From a virus (Duplodnaviria > Caudoviricetes), in IMG/VR virus record IMGVR_UViG_3300033416_000017, positions 1 through 39,690 of that record: a stretch of 39,690 bases of DNA, one strand, 5' to 3'. Position numbers and translations under genes: made by a program. Of the stretch, positions 34,757-39,690 are shown piece by piece (the stretch's first letter is position 1; the number at the start of each line of letters is the position of its first letter). The notes under the pieces were generated by a model. That model did not search any database and was not told where the DNA came from. It saw only the letters and a list, made by a program, of their open reading frames with translations.

Positions 34757-35254
34757 TCAGAAATGCCACATGGCCCCGAACGTCGTCAGCAGGCCCTCGT
34801 CCAGGCCCGCCCCGGCCTCCGGCATCAGGTACTCCAGCCAGATGGCCGGATGGATCGGCCGGTCCGGGAACAGCCGAAACTCTGTGCCCGGCAGGAAGGT
34901 GAATTTGCCGTTGTCCGTCTCCCACAGGAACGAGAGCGTCCCGTAGACGCGGACCGGCGCCGTCTGGAGCGGGTCCCAATCGCCCGGCAGGACCGTATTG
35001 GCCGCCATGCCGGCCAGGTCGTTCAGATAGAAGTTGATCTGCGGCCCGACGGCGATATTGTCGTTGGTCTCGTCCGGGACCAGACTGTCGGTCACCATGC
35101 GGACGCCGATCCCGCCGTTGGGATCCGGGGACCACATCGCGGCGAAGCCGCTGGTCTTGTAGTTGCTGCCCGCCGACAGGGACATCGAGCCCCCGCAGCC
35201 GGCCAGGGCGATCAGGACCACCCCGATCGCCAGAACGATCGTTACCATTCTCAT
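34757..35254 (-). CDS. Lipoprotein with amphipathic beta-strands and C-terminal Phe (outer-membrane beta-barrel-like)
   Basis: RBS GAAAGGA, ATG 35254. MRMVTIVLAIGVVLIA-LAG|C lipobox. Ends TFGAMWHF. Confidence 0.7.
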   Translation of the reverse strand: MRMVTIVLAIGVVLIALAGCGGSMSLSAGSNYKTSGFAAMWSPDPNGGIGVRMVTDSLVPDETNDNIAVGPQINFYLNDLAGMAANTVLPGDWDPLQTAPVRVYGTLSFLWETDNGKFTFLPGTEFRLFPDRPIHPAIWLEYLMPEAGAGLDEGLLTTFGAMWHF

Positions 35255-35517
35255 ACCGATTCCTTTCGAGAGAGTTTTGAGAGAGTTGCTGGTTGTTGGT
35301 TGTTGGTTGTTGGCTGTGGCTTGTCGATCAGCTCGAATCGCCAGACGCTGCAATCGAACTTCCAGGACCCGACCTCGAGCCGATCGGTCCGATCGGGTTT
35401 GGCCAGACAGCGGAAGGGGCCGGCGGCGTGATAGTGCCGCCGGCCCGATGCTAAGATCTGGTATGCCCTGAACCACTGGCCCCGCTTGGGCTTGAAATGG
35501 GGGGGACGTCCCTTCAT
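35251..35517 (-). CDS. Hypothetical protein
   Basis: 88 aa with ATGA overlaps on both sides and an AGGAG RBS. Confidence 0.6.
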   Translation of the reverse strand: MKGRPPHFKPKRGQWFRAYQILASGRRHYHAAGPFRCLAKPDRTDRLEVGSWKFDCSVWRFELIDKPQPTTNNQQPATLSKLSRKESV

Positions 35518-35711
35518 AGGTCTTCTCCTGTCCCGCCCGGCCCGACGTCGACGTCATCCATCCAGCCGGGCCCGGCCGGGTCGATCGATCGGACCCGGCC
35601 GGGCTGGATCTCTAAAATCCCCGCGGGACCCAGGACGCAGACGGGTATCCCCTGCGCCAGGGCCTCAGCGACAATCTGCTGCAAAGTGCGATATTCTGGG
35701 TGCGGTGGCAT
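35514..35711 (-). CDS. Hypothetical protein
   Basis: 65 aa, fills the gap between coupled genes. Confidence 0.5.
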   Translation of the reverse strand: MPPHPEYRTLQQIVAEALAQGIPVCVLGPAGILEIQPGRVRSIDPAGPGWMDDVDVGPGGTGEDL

Positions 35712-35720
35712 TGGATTCTT

Positions 35721-36785
35721 CTACTCGGGGTCTTCGTAAAAACAACAGCCTCCGCAGTAGTAGTCGTACCATACCAGCCCGTTCTGCTGGCACTTGTCCG
35801 AATTCCCACATGGGCTGATCGGGATCATCTGGCACTCGGGCCAGTAGGTGAAGCACATCAGATTCCAGTAATCGCACGAATTACTGTAGGGCCATCCGTC
35901 GGGCACGCACTGGCTGTACAGCAGGTAGTAGTAGTCGCAGTGACTGCAACTGGTGTTACAACACTGGACAAGTCCGTACCATCCATAGTGGGTGTCGTAG
36001 TCACAATGCCATGGCTCCAGCGTACCATCCGGGTCTCCCGGGGGAATATACAGTTTTCTGAGTTCCGGATTCCCGCCAGAGAGGTGGACGTCTTGCGTCC
36101 CATCGGGAGCCTTGGCCGTAGCCCTCATTCTCTTTTTTGCTCCCTCAGACGTGGCGACAATCTTGAGCGTCCCATCCTGCTTCTTCTCGTAGGCCAGCCA
36201 TTCGAGATTCTTGCCGGGCGCGATCGCCATTTCCTCAGCGCTTACAGATCGCTGATTGAAGGTCCTCCGGAGAGTCCAATAGATCTTGGTCCCATTCGCT
36301 TTCTCGGTATAGGCTTCAATGGTTTGGGGAACCTGCTGGCCGTCCAAGTCCAAGTAGTTCGCGCAGGTCAACGTGGTAGAATCCTTCTGGGTGTCTGGAC
36401 GAACAAAGGTCCTGCCCATCAGGTGAACATCTATGTCCGCCTTGAACCTTGAGTACGCTGGCGCATCTTTTACATACCTGACGAGCTCGCCGGGGCTCAG
36501 CAGTAGCACGGTGTCTTTCGCCAGTTGCTGTTTCTTCCCCGCGGAATCGAAGAAGTCAGGGAGTTCCGCTTCTTCAATGTGCCTTTCCAGCTTCACGGTA
36601 TCCCCGGAGATATAGGCCGTTCCCGTCTCGAAGGTTGTTGCCTCAAGGACCTCCCCCTTGACCTTCAAGAAACTCATGGAGTATTCCACGACTCCAGACT
36701 TCATGGCGCCGTTGTGGGTTACAGCGCTGGCTTGGGCCGCCATGATGGCCACGAGCAGCGCGAGTAATAGGATGGTCTTTCTCAT
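35721..36785 (-). CDS. Secreted protein with Cys/Tyr/Trp-rich C-terminal domain
   Basis: RBS GAAGGAG. Signal MRKTILLLALLVAIMAAQASA|V. 14 Cys in the last ~95 aa. Visibly lower GC than the flanks. Confidence 0.85.
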   Translation of the reverse strand: MRKTILLLALLVAIMAAQASAVTHNGAMKSGVVEYSMSFLKVKGEVLEATTFETGTAYISGDTVKLERHIEEAELPDFFDSAGKKQQLAKDTVLLLSPGELVRYVKDAPAYSRFKADIDVHLMGRTFVRPDTQKDSTTLTCANYLDLDGQQVPQTIEAYTEKANGTKIYWTLRRTFNQRSVSAEEMAIAPGKNLEWLAYEKKQDGTLKIVATSEGAKKRMRATAKAPDGTQDVHLSGGNPELRKLYIPPGDPDGTLEPWHCDYDTHYGWYGLVQCCNTSCSHCDYYYLLYSQCVPDGWPYSNSCDYWNLMCFTYWPECQMIPISPCGNSDKCQQNGLVWYDYYCGGCCFYEDPE

Positions 36786-36982
36786 GACTGTTCTCCTTCT
36801 CTAAAACCGTTTTCCATTTGGCGTCTGAACAGCTCACACGCCGAACAATCCGCAGGGCACACGCCCTGTTCATCCTTGAGAATGCACGGCTCCGCCCGCG
36901 TCGGGATCAGGACCGGCGTCCTGTGGTCGCTGCCCCAGAGGTCCAGATCCCACTCGGTGCGGTCCTGTGTGGTTGGATTCAT
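36782..36982 (-). CDS. Small Cys-containing hypothetical protein
   Basis: PC...VCPADCSAC. Stop overlaps the next ATG. Confidence 0.5.
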   Translation of the reverse strand: MNPTTQDRTEWDLDLWGSDHRTPVLIPTRAEPCILKDEQGVCPADCSACELFRRQMENGFREGEQS

Positions 36983-37328
36983 GTTTGATTCGCTCCAACT
37001 GGCGATTCAGGTCCGCCACGTATTCGATCTGCCTGAGCGTCATGGGCGGCCGGATATGCCATAGCTCGATCGTGATGACGCTAAAGCCGCCGAGCAGCTT
37101 CTGCAGCCGGATCAGGGCATCGCGTTCGGTCCGGCCGCCCATCGCCCGGCCGCGAAGCCGCCCGTCGATCTGGCCGGCCTCGTAGTGGCAGCGGTACTCG
37201 ATCCGCCAGGCGTAAGGGTTCTCCCAGGCAAATTCGCCGGGCGAGAGCTCCGCGAGCGGCAGGTCATCACGGAAGTCCCGCCGGCGATCGACGATCTGCG
37301 GCAATGAGATGCATGGCAAACGGCGCAT
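36870..37328 (-). CDS. Hypothetical protein
   Basis: 152 aa in operon orientation. The 3' end overlaps the next ORF. Confidence 0.55.
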   Translation of the reverse strand: MRRLPCISLPQIVDRRRDFRDDLPLAELSPGEFAWENPYAWRIEYRCHYEAGQIDGRLRGRAMGGRTERDALIRLQKLLGGFSVITIELWHIRPPMTLRQIEYVADLNRQLERIKHESNHTGPHRVGSGPLGQRPQDAGPDPDAGGAVHSQG

Positions 37329-37343
37329 TGGTGCAATCCCCGA

Positions 37344-37913
37344 TCAGGCCGCATCGACGGTGTCGGACCGCCGCCGGGCTCTGGGTTGGAGTAGTGGCTC
37401 TCTCGATTGAGTGATCAGGTCTGCCCCGATCGACCGCAGATTGTCCTGGCCATAGCGCTCGCGGACGACGTGGAACTCCTCGATATCGTGCTTTCGGATC
37501 CGCAGGACGAGCCGCTCCTTCTCATCGCGTTTGGGCTCGCCCGTATCGTCCAGGACCACCACGGCGTGCATCAGCTCGTGGAAGACCAGTTCCTCCTTCT
37601 GCCAGGGACTGAGGACCGGCCAGAGCTCCTCATTGATCAGGATGACGAGATCGAACTCCATGAGGGAGCGGTGGACCTCGCTCGGCTTGCAGCATTTGCC
37701 GGCCTTGAGCAGGCCATCTCTATCGACGGTCCAGCCCTGCTTCCAGGCCATGGCGATCTGGACCTCGACCAGGTCCGGCCGGAGGTTGGCCACGAGCCGA
37801 TCGAGGATCTCATAGCACTCGGGCCCGCCCTCGTCCGTCCGTTCGATCGGGGTGATCGTGACTTTCTTGCGCTTGACTGTCTCGCTCTGGGCCTGTTGTG
37901 GCTTCCGTGCCAT
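37344..37913 (-). CDS. Putative phage metallopeptidase (HExxH)
   Basis: LVFHELMH and IRKHDIEEF..V.ERYG motifs. Confidence 0.88.
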   Translation of the reverse strand: MARKPQQAQSETVKRKKVTITPIERTDEGGPECYEILDRLVANLRPDLVEVQIAMAWKQGWTVDRDGLLKAGKCCKPSEVHRSLMEFDLVILINEELWPVLSPWQKEELVFHELMHAVVVLDDTGEPKRDEKERLVLRIRKHDIEEFHVVRERYGQDNLRSIGADLITQSREPLLQPRARRRSDTVDAA

Positions 37914-37919
37914 GGTCTT

Positions 37920-38489
37920 TCATCCTTTCGGGGTGGTGTTGACTTTCAGACGAGCGTGATAGCGGCTGATGAATTCCCGGGTCTCGAACGGCAGGTGCGC
38001 CTGCCAGTTGGCGGGACTCTTGACGTACGCCCGCCGGACAGTCATCGTCCCGGCATTCCAGGCGGCCAGCCGTGCGTCCGTGGAATCGGGCACCGGGCCG
38101 GTGACGTCGGTCTCGGTCAATCGCCGGGCGGCCAGGTACCGGGGAATGACCCGGCTGACGTACTCCCAGGCGATCGAGCGACTGATGGTCGGGTCCGTCA
38201 CCCACTGATCGTAGTCCGCAATCGCGAACGCCGACTCGGGATGGTCCCGGGCGATCGAGGCAATCGCATCTTTCCAGGCCGGCCGGGTGATCTGATAGAT
38301 CCCGCGGGCCCCGGCCCGACTGACGGCCAGCGGGTTATTGCCGCTCTCGATCTCGCCGAGCGTATCCAGATCGATCCAGGTCGGCGGAATCGGCTTGGGC
38401 CGCCGCGGCCGCGTTTCAGCAATCACGATGCCGGCCGTCAGAATGACGACCACCAACGACAGGAAAATCAATGGCACAGTCATACGCAT
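37920..38489 (-). CDS. Lytic transglycosylase (SLT/lysozyme-like) with signal peptide or anchor
   Basis: IESGNNPLAVSRAGARGIYQI, LAAWNAG and LPFETREFI motifs. RBS GAAAGG before ATG 38489. Hydrophobic N-terminus VPLIFLSLVVVILTAGIVIA. Confidence 0.9.
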   Translation of the reverse strand: MRMTVPLIFLSLVVVILTAGIVIAETRPRRPKPIPPTWIDLDTLGEIESGNNPLAVSRAGARGIYQITRPAWKDAIASIARDHPESAFAIADYDQWVTDPTISRSIAWEYVSRVIPRYLAARRLTETDVTGPVPDSTDARLAAWNAGTMTVRRAYVKSPANWQAHLPFETREFISRYHARLKVNTTPKG

Positions 38490-38975
38490 AATCCGCCTTT
38501 CAATGGGACCGGGGCGGACGTCCCTGTCTCGTCCCGGTCCCGGGCTGAAATAAAGAATGTCAGAGCCCCGCACCGGCATCCGCACCGTGCGGAGTGAAGA
38601 TCTCAAAAGCGGGCCGACCCGTCATGGAAAGGAGGAATAGGGACCTGCTATACGTTCGCAGTTGTTGGTAGGAGGACCGGCCCGCGGGGTTGGGCACGAG
38701 GTATGATGGCAACCGGCGGAACGCCCGCCGGCCCCTGTTACGATGCGCGAATTCTTATGATTCCGCCGGCGGATCGTCCGCCGGCTTAGCTATAAAGAAG
38801 TCGGTCAGCCGGGTTGGAGTCGGCGGACCGCGAAGAAGCAAGCGCCCCGGACTGACGAACCGGAGCGCACAATGGAGGTAGTACGGCCCTGTCGCCAGGT
38901 CCGTTGTCGCCGAAGGTTTGCGGCCGTCCAGTGAACGGCCGGGGGATTGTTGATGTGAGCCAAAGGATCAGAGTG

Positions 38976-39022
38976 GGGGACTCATAATCCCTTGGTTGTA
39001 GGTTCGAATCCTACCGGGCCCA
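38976..39022 (+). other. attP core: 3' half of a tRNA with CAT anticodon (tRNA-Ile2/Met-like)
   Basis: GGGGA-CTCATAA-TCCCT anticodon arm, GTAGG-TTCGAAT-CCTAC T-arm and CGGGCCCA acceptor strand. No matching 5' acceptor strand upstream. Abuts the integrase. Confidence 0.88.
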
Positions 39023-39690
39023 GCGGTATCTGGTCGAACGCATTTCGGGCATTGGCCATCGCCAATCGCTCATCGACGGCGACGTAATACTGGTCGGTCG
39101 TCTTGATCGACTGGTGCCCGAGGATGCGCCGGGCGTGGGCCATCGGGACCCGCTGCTCGGCCAGGTGCGTGCCGGCATTCTTCCGCAGTCGGTGGAAGGT
39201 GCCGGCTTTTATTTGCGCCGTCGCCCGGATCGCGTTGAACTCCCGCCAGAAGTTGCAGTACGGGTAATTCCTCGCTTCTTCCGGCAGGGGCCAGCTCTGC
39301 GCCATGCGGGTCCGATAGGTCTCGGCCTTGAGGAACGGGTACAGGTGGGTCGAGACGATCGCGAACCGCTGGAGGAAGGCGACCAGGTCGGCCGACATGG
39401 GGACCTCGCGGTCCATATCGGTCTTGGTGCCCCACTCCCAGAATCCGGCGGCGTAATCGTTGCCCCGGGCCTGGACCCGCAGGGTATTGCCCTCGAGGTC
39501 GATATCGTAGCCCCATCGCAGGTTCCAGATCTCTCCTTCCCGCAGGCCGTGCAGGCCGACGAGAAAGAACCCGGCCCATCGCATTCGCCGGACCGGATCC
39601 CGCCAGGGCATCCGCCCCGCCGCCTGAAACAGCGATTGCAGATCGTCGGTCGTGAAGACCTCGACCCGCCGGCGACCCGGCCGGATCCGC
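38982..39690 (-). CDS. int: Tyrosine integrase, catalytic C-terminal part
   Basis: Catalytic set GLREGE (R), FHRLRK (HxxR), LGHQS (H), TTDQYY (Y). Joins 1..435 through the end overlap. Confidence 0.93.
   Translation of the reverse strand, partial: RIRPGRRRVEVFTTDDLQSLFQAAGRMPWRDPVRRMRWAGFFLVGLHGLREGEIWNLRWGYDIDLEGNTLRVQARGNDYAAGFWEWGTKTDMDREVPMSADLVAFLQRFAIVSTHLYPFLKAETYRTRMAQSWPLPEEARNYPYCNFWREFNAIRATAQIKAGTFHRLRKNAGTHLAEQRVPMAHARRILGHQSIKTTDQYYVAVDERLAMANARNAFDQIPLGPVGFEPTTKGL

Larger units (their letters stand above)
1..39690. mobile_element. Complete temperate podovirus-like phage genome, excised circular form
   Basis: End overlap, intact attP next to int, full packaging/head/short-tail gene set, no host genes. 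Confidence 0.92.

Noticed and set aside
2324-38597. Many long plus-strand ORFs (e.g. 2324-4303, 6005-8188, 12041-14308, 15879-17378, 32638-34275, 37407-38597)
   Set aside because: They are antisense shadows of well-supported minus-strand genes. They are expected in GC-rich DNA and show no recognisable motifs.
38945-39022. Complete phage-encoded tRNA gene
   Set aside because: The 5' acceptor strand and a proper D-arm are missing. Only the anticodon-to-3' half is present, as expected for attP.
39549-39690. T7-like physical direct terminal repeat
   Set aside because: It falls mid-integrase and its length is close to a common assembler k-mer overlap, so it is better explained by circular assembly.

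Overview
The window appears to be a complete circularly permuted genome of a temperate, short-tailed (podovirus-type) phage, about 39,548 bp after removing a 142-bp end overlap. It is GC-rich, and the host is probably a diderm bacterium; a Planctomycetota host is only a guess. Almost all real genes are on the minus strand. From a putative switch region near 1.1-1.35 kb they run through a small gene and a tyrosine integrase split across the contig ends. An attP follows that carries the 3' half of a CAT-anticodon tRNA. Next come early genes (secreted lytic transglycosylase, metallopeptidase, Cys-rich secreted protein, lipoprotein, ParB-like and replication proteins), then TerS/TerL, portal, scaffold, major capsid, accessory tail proteins, tail adaptor and nozzle, three ejection proteins, tail fibre and a holin-like gene. 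The most striking observation is that the nozzle, the tail fibre and four neighbouring tail-region proteins start with Sec-type signal peptides, while capsid, portal, scaffold and adaptor do not. This suggests the distal tail is exported and joined to the head outside the cytoplasm. Other oddities are an attP that splits the main transcription unit, strand-specific heptamer repeats before start codons, a degenerate second terminase nuclease domain, and a paired RNA motif in the capsid leader. All calls come from reading the sequence by eye; no searches were run.
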